A DNA stretch of 63,994 nt, counting the filler, from Fonticula-like sp. SCN 57-25 (Eukaryota): the NCBI GenBank assembly GCA_001724245.1. It is 4 parts of 4 records of this genome, joined end to end, with 100 filler letters (N's around TTAATTAATTAA, not from the genome) between each part and the next. Parts side by side here need not be neighbours in the genome. Positions count along the whole stretch, not along the records: positions 1 to 18,018 come from MEDX01000111.1; 3 more parts are not named here. The stretch is one strand, 5' to 3'. The position numbers were made by a program, and so were the translations under genes. Positions 1 to 14,400 of the stretch are shown here, piece after piece. The stretch's first letter is position 1, and every line of letters starts with the position of its first letter. A model generated the notes under the pieces. That model ran no database searches. It was not told where the DNA came from and worked only from the letters and a program-made list of their open reading frames with translations.

Positions 1-2135
1 TTTAAGAACAGCGACACGGTTCATGTGCTTGCCTGCCGCGACTCTGCTCAGAAGAGGGAGCTGCTTGCCCTGCTTCAGTTTATTGTGTCTGGGCACTCGC
101 TGAGCGTCCGGCTGGAGCAGGTGCTCGCGCAGTCGCCCACGCTAGTGCTGCCGCCCGTCTCGATGTACCGCTTTGCAGAGCCCGACTCGCTTGAGAATAT
201 CGTGCTAGATGTCAGCTCGGAGCGGACCGTCATCAAGGGCGGCACCTTGCTGAAGCTCATCGAGCGCCTCACGCACCCCGAGGTCCTCGACGACACCAAT
301 TACACGGACCAGTTCCTCTGCACTTACCAGTCCTTCATGGAGCCCATGCAGCTTCTCGATCTCCTCCTCGAGCGATTCAATGTCCCGAACCCGCCGAACG
401 CCACAGCAGTGCAGCTTGAAGAGTTTACGTACGTGCCTTGGGAGACCCTTGGGTAGGCTTTTGCTTACGTATGATCTAGGGAGATTATGAAGAAGCCGAT
501 GCAGCTGCGCGTCATCAATGTGTTGAGAAAGTGGTCTGGCGAGCATCTCAACGACTTTATAAAGGACAAAAAGCTGTGCGACAAGCTCGAAGAGTTTGCC
601 AATAGCCTTCCCAAGGAGAAGGATAAGGACGGCCCGGGCAGCGCCATTTTGCGCAATCTCAAGAAGCGCGACAAGCCGATTGAGCTCAAGGTGTTTGCCG
701 CCCCGCCCCCGAAACCCATCCTCCATGGCGTTGTGGACGATAAGGTGGCTGACTTCCGCCAGATTGACCCCCTGGAGTTTGCGCGCCAGATGACGCTGCT
801 TGACTTTGACATCTACCGCAAGATCCAGCCGTACGAGTGCATTCGCCAGCGGTGGTGCAAAACCGACAGGGAAACGGAAGCGCCCCACATCACCGCCCTT
901 AGCGCGGGCTTCAACCGCATGAGCAACTGGGTCAAGACGGCCGTAACGTTCACCGAGGACATTCACGCCCGTGTCGATCTTGTCGGCTACCTGATCCGCG
1001 TGTGCGAGCGGTGCTTTGAGCTCAACAACTTTGACGGCGCCATGCAGATCGCCTCGGGCCTCAACTCTGTCCCGGTGAACCGCCTTCGCGTCACCTGGAG
1101 CGTACGTCCTTTTTTTGCTGGCCCTGCTTTTGTGAAGCTGACTGTTGTGATTTTTTTTAGTTGCTTCCTCGTCAGACCGCTACGTCCTTTGCCGAGATTC
1201 TTGTTCAGTTGAATCATGACAAGAGCTACTCGCGCCTTCGGCAGGAGCTGCACACGCGCGCCCCCCCGTGCCTGCCTTTCGTTGGCGTGTACCTGACCGA
1301 CCTCACCTTTATCGAGGAGGGCAACCGCGACCTGCTGGCGGGCACGCAGCTGATCAATTTCGCCAAGCACCGCCGCACTGCCGCGGTCATCGCCGAGGTG
1401 CAGCGGTACCAGCTGCAGCCGTACAATTTCGAGCGCGTTGAGGCGATTGCAAAGTTCCTTTCGAATTTGCCGTCCGAGGACGACGAGACGTGCTACGAAA
1501 AGTCGCTCGAGATTGAGCCGCGCGGTGTCACCCGCGACGAGGTCTTGGGTGCCTCGCAGTCGGCGGCCAGCGGCGGCGCCGGGAACAGCGGCACGATCGA
1601 CTACCGGCGGTCGTCGTCGTTCTCGATCGGCGCCAACTCTGCTAACTCGTCCGCCTCAAACTCTGCGCCGCCGTCCCGCAAGGGCAGCAAGATGTCGGAC
1701 GGCATGTCGACGTCGAGCAAGATTGCAAACTCGATCATGAAGAGCGTCTCTAAAATGACGTCGACGCGCTTGCGGCGCGACCGCTCGAGCAGCAGCAACG
1801 CCCTCGGTATGGACCAGAGCGACGACTCGATTGCGCCCACTTCGGGCATGCGCCCGCGCCTCTTTTCGTTCCGCACGGACGACAGCGACTCGGGGAGGGC
1901 GACGCCTGCGGCGCCCCAGTCGCCAGACTCGGAGACGCCGAGCACCGACGTGGACGGGAAGCTGCGTTCGCACTTTGAGACGCTCCCGCGGAGCGGTTCG
2001 CCCGACCTCAGGCCGCACGCCGAGCCGCCGACGGGGTCCCCGGTGTCGGCCCAGCCCGCAGACGGAAGTGCCGACGCGGCCGATTCAAAGCGGCTCAGCA
2101 CGGCGTCGTCGAACAACGCCGCGGCCGACGAGTGA
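1..2135 (+). CDS. SOS-like Ras guanine nucleotide exchange factor (REM + CDC25 domains, Ser-rich tail), 5'-truncated, 2 introns
   Basis: YRFAEPDSLENIV..IKGGTLLKLIERLT (SOS-type REM), QLRVINVLRKW, DPLEFARQMTL, FNRMSNWV, LNNFDG, PPCLPFVGVYLTDLTFIEEGN, INFAK. Introns 429-479 and 1102-1160 (GT..AG) join three ORFs in frame; frame is open from base 1. Confidence 0.92.
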
Positions 2136-2480
2136 TTCATCTTTGAGTGCAAGTGTTGAGCTCATCATCAAAAGTTTTTATGAATCAATTTCTGTTTCTA
2201 TCCATGTATTCTTTTTATCTCACATTTTTATCTGTTTCCACGTGTGCTTGTTTTTCCGCGCGAGACCGCCATGGATGCGGCGGTCGCTTTGCTGTAGAAG
2301 AGGTGAGCATTGAGCATCGAACCAATATAGGACATCTTCACTCGGATTGAGCAATTCGATCAATAAAACATTGTTATTGAATGCCATGGAATTCACAATC
2401 ATCATGCCTAATAAGTATAAACAAACCATTGGTAATATTCATTGTAGAGATTAATATTGGCGCTCGCTCCTTGTGCGCCA

Positions 2481-5400
2481 TCATTCGTCGGCATCGTCCT
2501 CTGCCGGGATATAGTCCGTGTCGATCACGGTGCATTCTTCGATGGCGTACGCCAGGCGCTGCTTCAGGATGTCCTGCGACGAGTACTTTGGCAGGTCGAG
2601 CGAGAAGAAGCATGTATGTGCCTACGGCCAATGATACGTGTTTAGCCGCGCGTCCAGAAAAAGAAAAAAGCGCGTGCGTACCACCGGGAGGTACTTGTCG
2701 ACGTCGGCTCGGTCATCGGGATAGAACGGCTGCACCTCAAACTTGCGCTCAAACTCGAGCCCCGACGCCGGGAGCCGCGACCTTCCCCACACGAAGCGGA
2801 CGAACGCGCGCCTCTGCTCGGGCGTAAAGTCGGCGAGCGCGCGCCAGAACCACTCCACGTGGGGCTCGTTGCCCTGCAGCCCGTTGTACATCGTGTTCCG
2901 CTTGAGCCACGCAATATCAAAGTCCGGCTGGCCGCACACGCGCTCCTCCACCTCGCGCCACGAAAAGAGACCTAGGACTAGCGGCGAGAGAATCTCGAAA
3001 AGGCCGCGCCGCATGGCGTCAATCTGCGAGTTGCACTCGTGGAGGCGATAGTCGTGCGCTGCAAGCAAAAGACCGTCAGAGAAGGAAAGTGGAGAAGGTG
3101 ACGCGTACCGAGGCGAGCATACTCGAGGCGGTTGTCCCACGTGAGCGGAATGTTCTCGCCGTCGGGCTTGAGGGGTACGTTGCGCGAAGACGCTGACTGG
3201 ACCGTGAACATGTTAAAGATGCTCTCGCTAAAGTTGTCCGCGTCGAGCCCCTTTGACTCGGGCTCTATTGAGAGGTGCGGCAAGAGCACGTTAGCATGGT
3301 CGGATCGCCTCGTCGTTCGAGTACGCGTACCGGTCAGGGAGGAGAGCTGCAGCCGGACAAACGCCGTGTCGACGGCCTCGATGTCGGCAATGCTGACACT
3401 CTCCATCGCAATCAGCTTCCAGACGAGCGACGGCAGGTCGAGATCCATGTTGGTCTTGGTGCGAATAGCAATTCCAATCAACTGAAAAGTGGTCGTCAGC
3501 GCTGGTTAGAACCTTTGTTGGCAGAGGAATAGGGGGGCGTACGCGGCCGATAAAGTGGTACATGCTGAGGTGCTCGGCGGACGTGCAGTCAGGGTTGGGC
3601 AGGAATTTTTCCCTGTTGTCGCCAAACTCTTCCTGCGCGTTGGGGCACGGGATAAAGAGCGGTAGCGTGCTTGTCTGAAGGTCCTTGCAGAGGAGTACGA
3701 GCGACTCGCGGAAGGGCCCGCCGACGTCCTCGGCGCCCTCGCTGGTGAACCGCACGCGCCACCCCTGGTCAGGCTGCCTAAACTGGCCGCTCGGTACCTC
3801 GCGCAGACTGCGGTATAGCTGCATAAAGACGGTTTCGTCCTGCGGGGCGTTCGGGCCTGGCCGCTTGATGCGCACAAAGGGCGGCGACATGGGCGAATCG
3901 GTCTCGGCGCATGTCTCGTAGAGGAAGCCGAGCTTCACGGGCAGCAGGATAAGGTGCTTGTACTGCGTGACGAGGTGGGCCAGCGTGCCGGGGACGCTAT
4001 AGCTAGCCGGGTCAAGCAGAGGCAGCAGAGAGAGCAGGCTGATGTTGACCTGGCGGATAATCACCGTGATGCAGCGAACAAAGTCGCTCGGCTTCTCGGA
4101 CAGGAGAGCGTGCTGCGGGAGCGACGGGTCCGGCTCCGAGGGGTACAGCTTGTCTAGAGTCAGATTGGCCAGCTCGGCCGACGTCACGCTACAAGCACGA
4201 ATCAGCATCAATGACCGCAAGCAAGAGGCGCATACCTCTTCATGTTCATGTAGTGGTTCAGGTAGTCGATGACGACGAGCGCCGTCGACTTGACCTTGTC
4301 CGATGACCAGTCTGCAATCGGGCCGAGAAGCGACTTGTTCGCCTCCAGGAACTCGACGCGCTTCTCAGGCGACATTTCCGGCGTCACGCGCACCTTAAAG
4401 CCCCATGCCTGGTAGTTCTCGTACAGGGGCTTGACAATAGCCGTGTCGTGGTGGAGCCCCGGCGGCCGCGCGAACGGCCGCCTGGTGTGCAGGAACACGT
4501 GGAACGAGTTGTGGCTTTCCCACGTTTTGTCAAAGCACGTGTCGCACAGGGCGTACTCACCGGGGCAGTGGCCGCACACCCACCCAGAGCCCACAATTCC
4601 CTGCTTGCATTGGTCGCACGGCGACGCAAACAGCGTATTGCCCGGGTACGGGGGGACGTCAAGCGGGAGAGGCTCAAACACCCCGAAGCGGTGAACCAGA
4701 TTAATGAGGACGCGCGCGAGCACGTGCGACTTTAGATGGTAGTCCTCTTCGTCGCTGCTGTTGCCGTGGTCGTCTTGTTCGGGACGCGGACCATTCGCGC
4801 CGGGGCACTTCTGCTCGCATTCGGAGCAAAAGTCCACGTCGTCGCACGTCACGCACTTGTAGCGGAAGCCGCGAATCGGAAACTTTTCGCAGCCGTCACA
4901 CCGGACACCACTATGAACGTGCTTGCCAATGTCCTGCGGGGTGTACTTCCACTCAAACACGCTGCCATTGATAGTGCGACTGCCGGGCGGAATCCCGACG
5001 CCACCTTCGCCGCCCATCCACAAGGCCGGCGAATGCGTCGTCGTCTGCTGGTCGATGGAAATGCGGAGCGAGTTGGCGTCCTTGAACTCAAACCTGCCAG
5101 ACTGCGGCTGAAGGCCAATTGGGTGCGACGATTCAATCACAATTGAGTTGTCGTGAATCCCGCTGACCGCATCAAACAAAAGCTAAAGAGAAGAGTTCGT
5201 CAGCGACGGCTAGCCCACATTCCGGGCGGCGACGCACCTTTGGCGCGAGCAGGCGCTTCTCGTGAATGCAATGAAGGAACTCGAGTGCCTGCAATGCTTG
5301 CTGCACAAACGGAAGCGACGCTTCGTTCTCGTTGCTGGGGCTCGTGACCCTGGAACAAGCATTCAGCACAGTGAAAGGGGGCGCAAACGCGTACGTCTTC

Positions 5401-8400
5401 TTGACAAGCTCAAGGAGGGCATCGTTGATGGCCTCTTCGGATTCCTCTGAAGACTGTCTCACTTGCGCAACTGTGCCGGCGGCGTTAGAAGAGAAAAAAA
5501 CAACCAGAGAGGCACGCACAGGTCTGCTTGTCCTCGGTGCACGCAGCGCAGAGTACAAAGTAGTCGTTGAAAGCGGCGACGAGGGTATTGCTGTTCAGCG
5601 CTGACTTGCCTTGCTTGAGAAGCGCCGCCCTGCTGATAATCTCGTGGGGCGCGAGCGGTGTGAATCGATCGCACACAAACACTGGCGGGGACTGCGAAAG
5701 GAAATACTCCCTGGCGCGCGCAACGTACGCGCGAAGCAATTGCAGCGACGCTTCCTCGTAAATGCACTTGCTCAGCTGCGTCACCACGAAAGCGCGCAGC
5801 GAGGTCCAAATGCTTTCCTTGAAAATCTGCGGCCCAAACCTCCCCAGCAGCTCGCTGGAGCAGAGGATCACATTGAACATGAACCAGCTCAGGGGGAAAT
5901 GGGGGTTCATCGACAGATCGGCAAAGTGCGACTTTAGCGGCAACACAGCGACCTTGCTCTCGGGCGCCTCTTCCGGCCGACCCGCAAAGCGGATGGTAAA
6001 GGGCCAGCCAGGCATGCAGAACGTAGCCGGCGCGCCCTCGCTCAGAATAGTGCCACGCAGGATGGTGCCGCTGGCAGGATGCTCGAGCTCCACCGAAAAC
6101 GAAGAAGGGGCCAGGTCAAAGACAACAATCACGGGCTCGTCGTCGCCGCCGTCGGTGTGCGTGACATCAAAAGCGCCGGCCGCCGTTCCTCCTGGGAAAG
6201 TGACGGCAAACGGCGCGTTGATATGAAGGTTTTTGGCCTTCACCAGCGGCAACAAGCTCTCCTTGAGGATATAGTCAAATGTTGAATCAGACTTGATCTC
6301 CATGAGCCTCTTGAGGACGGAGGCAGCCATCTCGCGCAGCACCACAACGTTCGCGGGCGTCGGCATCTTGCTGTGGCTGATGGCAGAGTTTACGATGGAT
6401 GCCAGGAGAGAAGCGGGCCGGCGCTGATTCCACGGGACGTTCGTGTCGCCCGTTCTGCGTGCCAGACTCGAAGGCAAGATGGAACTGCGCGCTAGGATAT
6501 GCGTGCAATCATAAAAGGCGGCTGGCGGGCAGGCATCCAGCTTGTCGCCTTCGCGCAAAACCGTCAGAACCTTGACGAGAGCGGAGCGCGCCCGGTCGAC
6601 CGCAAAGAAACGCTCCATGTCCTCGGTCGAGACAAAGGACGTGGTCCACAACGGCTGGCTGGCCACATGGTTCACCTTTTCGTAAGGTACATCGCAGATG
6701 ATCGTGTGGCCAGTCAGGGCTCGCTGGATGCACACGCGAACAGAGTCCTTGCGGCGCTCCATCACAGTCGCGCCCATGCCGACAAGGCCTCCTCGCAGAT
6801 CAACTCCCTCTACATATTGGAGCGCACTCGCAGTGACATGCTCTACAGCCTCGACAATCCGAACCGCCGACCCAATAAATATGTTCTTTGGACTGGCCCC
6901 GACAATGAAACGCTGCAGAGCATGACCCTTGCGCGGCACCTGTAAAGGGGGATCAGAAATCATCACTATACAGCCGGAGGTTACGCACCGTCATGGAGCC
7001 GTCGTATGAAGAACTTCTGTAATGAGAATTGGCGTCAACGTGCAGCAACTCCTCGCTTGACGTAAACTCGTCGGCAGCGTTGTCGCCGTCGTACGAGGCG
7101 GACCAGTTCTCGGTCCCGTCGTCCGACTCGTCGTCGGATCCTTCGTCCGAATCGTCTTCATCGTCGTCATCGTCGTCCATATTATCGGAATCACCGAAAA
7201 GGTCCAGGCCTGAATGTTCGTCGTCAGAGTCCAAGTCGGACGGGTTCGAGTAGAGGTAGTCTGGCGATGGGTCCGTGCCGGGCACGAGCTCGCCCAACAT
7301 TCTGGCCAGAATCGACAGCTCTTGGCTCTCGTCCACGGCTTCAGGATCTGCATCGTCGTCATCGTCGTCGTCATCCTCTTCGGAAAAGGACCCGGACTCG
7401 TCCGTTACGTAGGAATCGTCGGTGGCGTCGGACTCGTCCATCTCCCACCCCTCATCGTCACCGTCATCCTCTTCTTCTTCTTCGTCAACGGCGGAAGCAT
7501 GGGACTCTGCGTCGTCGTCGGCCGAATCTCCGTCCTCGTATATGACCATGGGAGGCGCGGCGCCCTTTTTGACACTGGGCGTTGCCGGCTCCTCGCGTTC
7601 CGCACTGCCGGACGCTTTCTGCGCAGTGAGACCAGGAGTCGGGCGAGGAGTGAGACCTGGAGTGCGGCGAGGAGTAAGACCCGTGGGCTTGTGGGACTTG
7701 TGCGCTTTCGGGGTGGCCGTGGCTCGGTCCTTCAAAGGCGCGAGCACGCCCATAAGCCCGTCGACCGTGACCGACGGCGGCTGCTGCTCGTCCAAAATTG
7801 GCTTCTTGATCAACGACGGCTTGAAAATATTGGACCGCGATGCAAGGATTGACGAGTCGGTGAACAAAGACGCCACGGGGAACATGAACGGCTTGGATCC
7901 AAAGTTCACATGAGCGTTGAGGGTCTCGGACGACGTGACATAAGGAGTCATGCTCTGCGCCGCGCTGAATTCATTGACAAACTGGCTTTGCCCAAACACC
8001 AGAACGCCGTTCTTGGTGAAGAAGAACGTCGTCTGAACCGAGTCGCCGACAAAGCCGCAGCCGATCGTGTCTCGGTTGGAAAAGGTGGCAGCTTGCCCCG
8101 TCGCCTGACCAGTAATAGCCCCTTTGGACGCATACCCCAACACCTGAACGTTGATGGTTTGCCTCCGCGTCACGGTAGTGGAGTCCATTAAACCCATAAC
8201 CATGGTGCGGGCGCCGGCAAACTCTGAAATTGTCACCTCAAAGTAAAAGATTGGCGCATTCAGCGGCACGATGCCATCCGCAAAGATGGAAACGGGGTCC
8301 CGGGAGGCCGATGATTCAAACTTTGCGCAGTCGGAGCCATTGCTCCACCGAGTTGGCGCCCCGGCGGTACGAAGGAATCCGTGCGGAAGAGCCGGCGAAT

Positions 8401-11400
8401 CGAATGCCGACGGCAGCGGCTGGCCGTCAAGGGTCCAGTTGCGGCGCACTGCGTACTCGTAGCTTCTGATGAGGGGTCTCAGGAATGTGTACATGTCATC
8501 CTCATTGGAGGAAACCTCATTGAGAAGCGTCACGACACCCGAAACATCTTCAAAGCCCAGAACAAAATCGGAATGTGATGCAGAGAAGTCCAGGAATCGA
8601 AGAGCGTGCAGGTGGGCCACGGTGCGAATAGGTAGCGACCCAGCTGGTGGCAGATGAGCAAAGTCTAGGAGCGCGCGGCGCATCAGGGGGGTCCACTGAA
8701 TCCACTCAACGTTCGGCTGCACCAAAGACACGGGTGTGATTTTGGATAGCGGGAAGTACAGCCGTTCGCTTTGCGCCAACAGCACCGCTCCAACACCGCC
8801 GGCAATGTCCAAGTCAACCAGCGTAGCATCGAGTGGCAGAGGAGCCCAATTTTGGACGACATGAACCGGACCTCCAACTCGCCACGACTCTTCGTGCGCA
8901 CCCAGAACTGACAAGGCGCATACGAAAGCTCCAAGCTGACAGCCCGCCGTATCGCCGTTCGCATCTTCCAGCGCCGACTGGAGAGCGTCGGCAAGTCCCT
9001 GACGCCATGCAAGGCGGGTTCCAGCGCAATCCTTCCGATCAAGAAGCGAGCGTAGTGCGTTGACAATCTCGGACGCTGCCGCACCGCGCGACGCGCCGGT
9101 CCAGTGGTTCGCAAAAATCAACACTGAAGAATCGCCATCTCCAGCATCGCCATCGTCGCTCTTGGTCTCTTCGGCTGGCTTTACATCATTATTCGCTAAC
9201 ACAACTGGCGCATATGTGTGCGAGTTGGTCCATCCAGCGAGCTCGGCAAGATACTTGAGGATGCAAGAAGGCGCCTCTGTCCAGGATGCGCTCTTTGTGA
9301 TGACTCTGAGTCGTTCGGCAACGAACGCTGGATCGACGGTGGCAAAGATTACCGGTGCAAGTCGCATAGCAGCAGAAACGAGCGGCGGGGACGCTTGCGC
9401 GCTCAGAACCATCGAAAGCACGAGGGACCCAACTGTATCAGCCCCAGAGCCCACCTGAAACACGGAAATTTGGTGCGCCAGCTCGAGGCCTTCGACAAGC
9501 GCGAGCTTGTCTAGCACTAACCTCTCTTGCAGCACAAGAAGCGATCTCGAAGACTCGTCCACTTTAGCGTTGCTGCTGGCTTCCAGCCAGGCAAGAGAAT
9601 GGTTAACAATGCTTGTGGCCAGCCTATCAAAACGGGTTAGGAACGAGAAAGCAACGAGGAAGGGTGCATCAACAAACCTTTCTTTCCATTCAAGCTCGAA
9701 AACTGAAGCCGACGTCAGCGACTGATGAGCGCTCTGGGCCTTGACGGTGCCAAAAACCCCGAGGCGAGCGAGCAGAACGCGCATTGAAAATGTGATCTTT
9801 TCGTAAAGCGTCACAAGCCACCTCCCCTGGCCATCAACCGCCTGGTCTTGCCAATCGTGCTCGAGCAGCAGCTCTTCCGTGCGCTCCAGGGAACTCACGA
9901 GCGCATTTGGAAGGCGCATGGCGCAGAGGTCAACAAGATCGCTCGGGGGAAGTGGCGAATTGATCACATCCAGCAGCGAGCAGCGTGTGGCGATTGGAAT
10001 GCGCTCGTCACCCACGAGATCTACAATCGCACGGAATACCTCCATCATTGCAGATCGGACAGCCACAAGGGTCGCCGGCGAGCAACCCTGCAAACCGCGC
10101 AGGTAGATAGATTTGAACAAGTTGAACGACGTAAATTTATCATCTAGACGAAACGGCGTTAAAACGACCGATCCAAAGAAGTGTAAAAAAGCGCATACCA
10201 GCATCGTCTGCCAAAACATTCGCAGAATCGGGGTTGGCCAGCAACCCGTTAACAATGGAGCTCATGCTCGCTGCAAACGCGCTGAGGGCCGACGGCGGAA
10301 AGCGGTGCGCAGAGTGCATAACATTTGCGGTCATGCTCAGGAGACGCTGGCGGTACTGGCCGCTCTGCTCGGCACAGCGCAGCAAGTCTTGCAGCTCACC
10401 CATGGCTACATCAGATTGGGCAAATCGCATCATGTCTTGAGCTACAGCGCTGAGCGCGGGCAACGTCGACGATGCCGTCAAGCGGGAGTGTTTGCTCGGC
10501 CACCTTCCAAGCGCAGAGGGCAAGGAAGCAACCTCGCCTCCGTTGGGCGGAAGAGGTGGCGGCATGTTTGCATTGTGCGACGATGGTGAGCGTCTAAGAG
10601 TACCACCGGAGGTCGGCACGACCGGCGTTGCAACATCGGAAAAAGCACTACATAGCGTGATTAGTGCGCTGCGACAAAAGAGAGAGAAAGGCGCACCGAG
10701 AAAGGCGGCGCCGCTTGTCTGCATTATTGAAAACGTGTGTGGAGGGCGGGCAGGTCAAATCAATGGCCGGAAGCTTTGACAAAAACTCGACACGGAGAGA
10801 GAGTGTGTCCAAGAAAAGCTTCTCCTCATCGGCATCGGTGGCGCTCAACAACTTGACGCGGTGGTCGACCCACTCGTGGAACCGCAAAGACGCCTTCAGC
10901 ACCAGGCGAGCGTCGGGCATGACAATGTCAGAGAGTGGCGCGGGCGTGTCGAGCAGGCTCCGAAGGTAGGACTGGACAGACTCGCCGCAATGCCGAGCAA
11001 CCGCAGACAAGAACGCGGCGCTATACTTTGCCGCGGGTCCGGGCTGGAGACGCTGGTCAATCGTCGCCAAGAACGTCTCGGGGAACTCGAACGTTTCCGC
11101 GGCACTGCTGGGCGAGGAAGTTTTGGGAGCAAAATTAAAGATTGGAGAAAAGAGCCACTCTTGCATACTCTTGGCCGATGGCTGCTTTCCGGCGGCACTG
11201 TCGGCTGCGTGCTTGGCCTGTAGCGCCTGAAGTGACGGCGGAGTAGCCGTGGCCGGCGTCGAGGGCGCCGTGGAAGGAGCGGTGGAAGGCCACGGCACAA
11301 TGGTCTCCGTCTCTGGGCGCGGAGGTTCGTCCGTCGCAGCCACGCTTGTATGGTTGACCATGACGCTCGTGAGGCCAGCTGGGAAAGTAGACAAAATGCC

Positions 11401-14400
11401 CGCCATGATATCCAACAGCCAGTTGACCGAAAGATCCAAAGGGTCCGGATAGCCGGTCACGATGGCAGCATAACCAAATGAAGGATCAAAATGAGCAGAG
11501 CTTACGCCAGACTCGTGATGGATCGTCACCGTATCACCCCAAATGTAGAGCGCGCCGCTAATAAAAAAAATATGAGCAAAAGCGCATCGTTTTAAATGTA
11601 ACGCCCGCACGGAAAGGTCCAGTTTGTGAGTGAAATCTCGGTCGTAAACCCAACGCCATCAGAGGTGGCGGGCTTAAAGGTGGTGGGGTGCATGTCAGAG
11701 TAGACAAAGCTCGCAGAGCTCAACGCAATGGTGGCGGCCTTGGCCTCTATAGAGCTAGAGTTAACGAGCGGCTCGCGCTAACCAAAGGAAGCCGTACGCG
11801 GAAGCTTGACAGAATGGGTGATGCCTTTACCTGGCATGCGGTAGGGATGGGCCGACTCGACGAGCCGCTCCGGGAGGCCCCCGTTGAAAGTCGCGTGCCA
11901 TGATAGGAGCTGCTCGTCCGCTTTGGAGAACATGGAATTCGACCCATACCAACGAGCGACAGAATCGTACAGCTGGCGCATCTATCAGAAAAGAATTAGT
12001 GACACTACAACAAATGTGAAATAAAAAAGAACGTACTGCCACAAGCAAATCATTGCTCAACGAAATCTTTTCCGCAAGCAAGCGCACGGCAGAGACAACG
12101 GAAAATATGTTGTAGCCCACGAAAGACCGATTAAGGTAATCAACCGCACGCTCAATGTTGTCCTCTGGCACAGCCTCAAACACGGACCCCAAAATGCGCG
12201 AGATCGCGCGCAACAGCTCGGCGCAAACGACAATAACTGTGGCGACATGAGGCCCTTGCGAAGCAACCCTGTTTGATGAGGGGCTGGCGTGCACCTCGTC
12301 AATCTCGGTGGCGGCGCGTTGAACCGTCGCGCGAAGGTAGCGGCTTACGATGTGTGTCAATGGGTTCATGATAATAGAAGACTCGGGGTTTCCGCGCCCG
12401 CGACAAACAGCGTCGGCAATCACGCGCGACTCGGCCAAAGTGACGTGATTGAGAACGCGCTGCATCAGATCCAAGGGAAGGGTAAAAATGTCGCCGTCCT
12501 TTGCCCTCCAGTGCACCCAAATGTTGAGGAAAAGCGTTGCTTGCTCGACCGAGACCGCGCCAAGCAGGAGCTTGACATTGTCAGAAACCTCCGAGCGCTC
12601 AAACCGTAGCGATGGGTCAAGGATGAGGCCAAAGAGATGCACATAAACAACGCGTTGCTCCTCTTCAACGGGTACAAACGTGGCCATGCTGTACGCTAGA
12701 GTGGAAAAGACCTCCTGGCGCACGACCTTTTCCAAAAAAGGGCTGCTCAAAGAGGCAGTCCCGGCGCGAACGAGTGCAGCAAACACCAAATTGATCGATG
12801 GCGGAGCCGCACGACGAACGTAGACAAGATGCTCAATGCACAGGCTAACTAGCTTTAGCAGATGGACCAGCGTAAATCCTAGCCTATCGTCCACGCTCGC
12901 GGTAGTCGAGGCGCACACTCGCCCCACCAGCAGGTCTATGCATTCGGCAAGATAACGGTATGTCTCGCTGCTATGGTCAACAACAAACTTTTCGCTGGCG
13001 TCCACGGTTGCCTCGTCGAGCTTTGAATCAACAAACCCACTTTGAGCGATTCGGCCCATGAACTGGACTGCGAGACGGTGCAGAGACGCAACAACCGTGA
13101 TAATGAGCTCCCATGGAGATGACAGCGGCTCCGCGGCCATGCTTTTGTAGTTGAGCTGTCGAAGGCGGACATCGTACTCCAATGGCAAAACATCCTCAGC
13201 GGGGGTCCTGTCGATTGGTGCACCAAACACCTCGGCGTAGGGAGCGTCGAGCGGCCAGGCTGGCAGTTCAGCGTGCATGTTCTGCTCCTTGATCATGTAG
13301 AGCGAAAGGAAACCTCCGCCAAGGGTAGGTGGGGTAGGCAAAAGCACCGCAATCTCCATTTTGAATGGGCAGTACGTTACGGGATAGTCGCTGATATTGA
13401 AGGACTCTTGCCGCCTCTGATCCGATACTGTCGAAAGTACAGTGAGATCAGAAATGCTCTGCTTCTCGCTTTCTGCCGATTCTGCCGGCGGGATTGCAAA
13501 TACCCAGTGCCTTGCTGCGGCTGCTCCTCTTGACAAAACGGATAGCAGCTCAGAACCCATCGAAAACACGTAAAGGTCGTCAGACCAAGACACCCCTTGC
13601 ACAGAAATGTTCACTCGCCGCACAAACTGTGTCGCTGACAATCCAGCAGCAAAATACAACACTGCAACAGTGCTGCAACTCTGCTCATTGGCAGACGACG
13701 GCTTGCCATTCGGCTGATGCTGCAGGGCATAGCAAATGTAGCGGCCTTCCGAGAATACGGAAAGGAGCCGTGGAGGTGGCGAGACGCTCGTCTCAGGCTC
13801 GTTCGGAAGACCGTTGTTATCGTTGGGGCCACTCGCCGACGCTGAAGCCGATGGCTCGTCTCCAGCAGCCGCTGGGATCTCTCCAGCAGCAGCAGATTCG
13901 CCATCCTCGTCCTCGTCCTTTGGCACGTTGGAAGACGATGTGTCAAAGGAAATTGTAGGTAATTGAACGCCTACCGCGGCCTTGTACTCCATCGTGGCAC
14001 CATCAAACTCGAGCAATGCATCCAGCATGGAATGCGACCCAACGAGCACGCGATCGCCGATGACAACCACAAAAGGTTTCCACGTTTCCTGCGCAGAAAT
14101 TGGCACCTCCCTCTTAAAGTCGGTGTGACCAAACACGCTGCCAGGCACTGCCAACGATCGATGCGAGGCGCTTACCTTGTACAGCACAAAGTCGCGCACA
14201 ATGAAAAAAAAGTAGCGACCAAGGGCGATGGCTTCGCGGGAAGGCGCCGAAGCGGGCGCCATGCTCGCAAGGAAAATCGTGGGATTGCGCACAGATTTCA
14301 CAAATTGAAACTTTGGCGTCACCGGTTGAACGGAAAGCAAGGAGCGCGCATCCTCCCTCATGGCAGAGAGGGTAGCCATTGCATCCGGGTCAGATGAGCC

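Noticed and set aside
6941-6988. GTGATGA..CTGA (C/D-box-like) in a HECT intron
   Set aside because: The boxes are only 3 nt apart in a ~48-nt intron, and the CTGA is the likely branch point.
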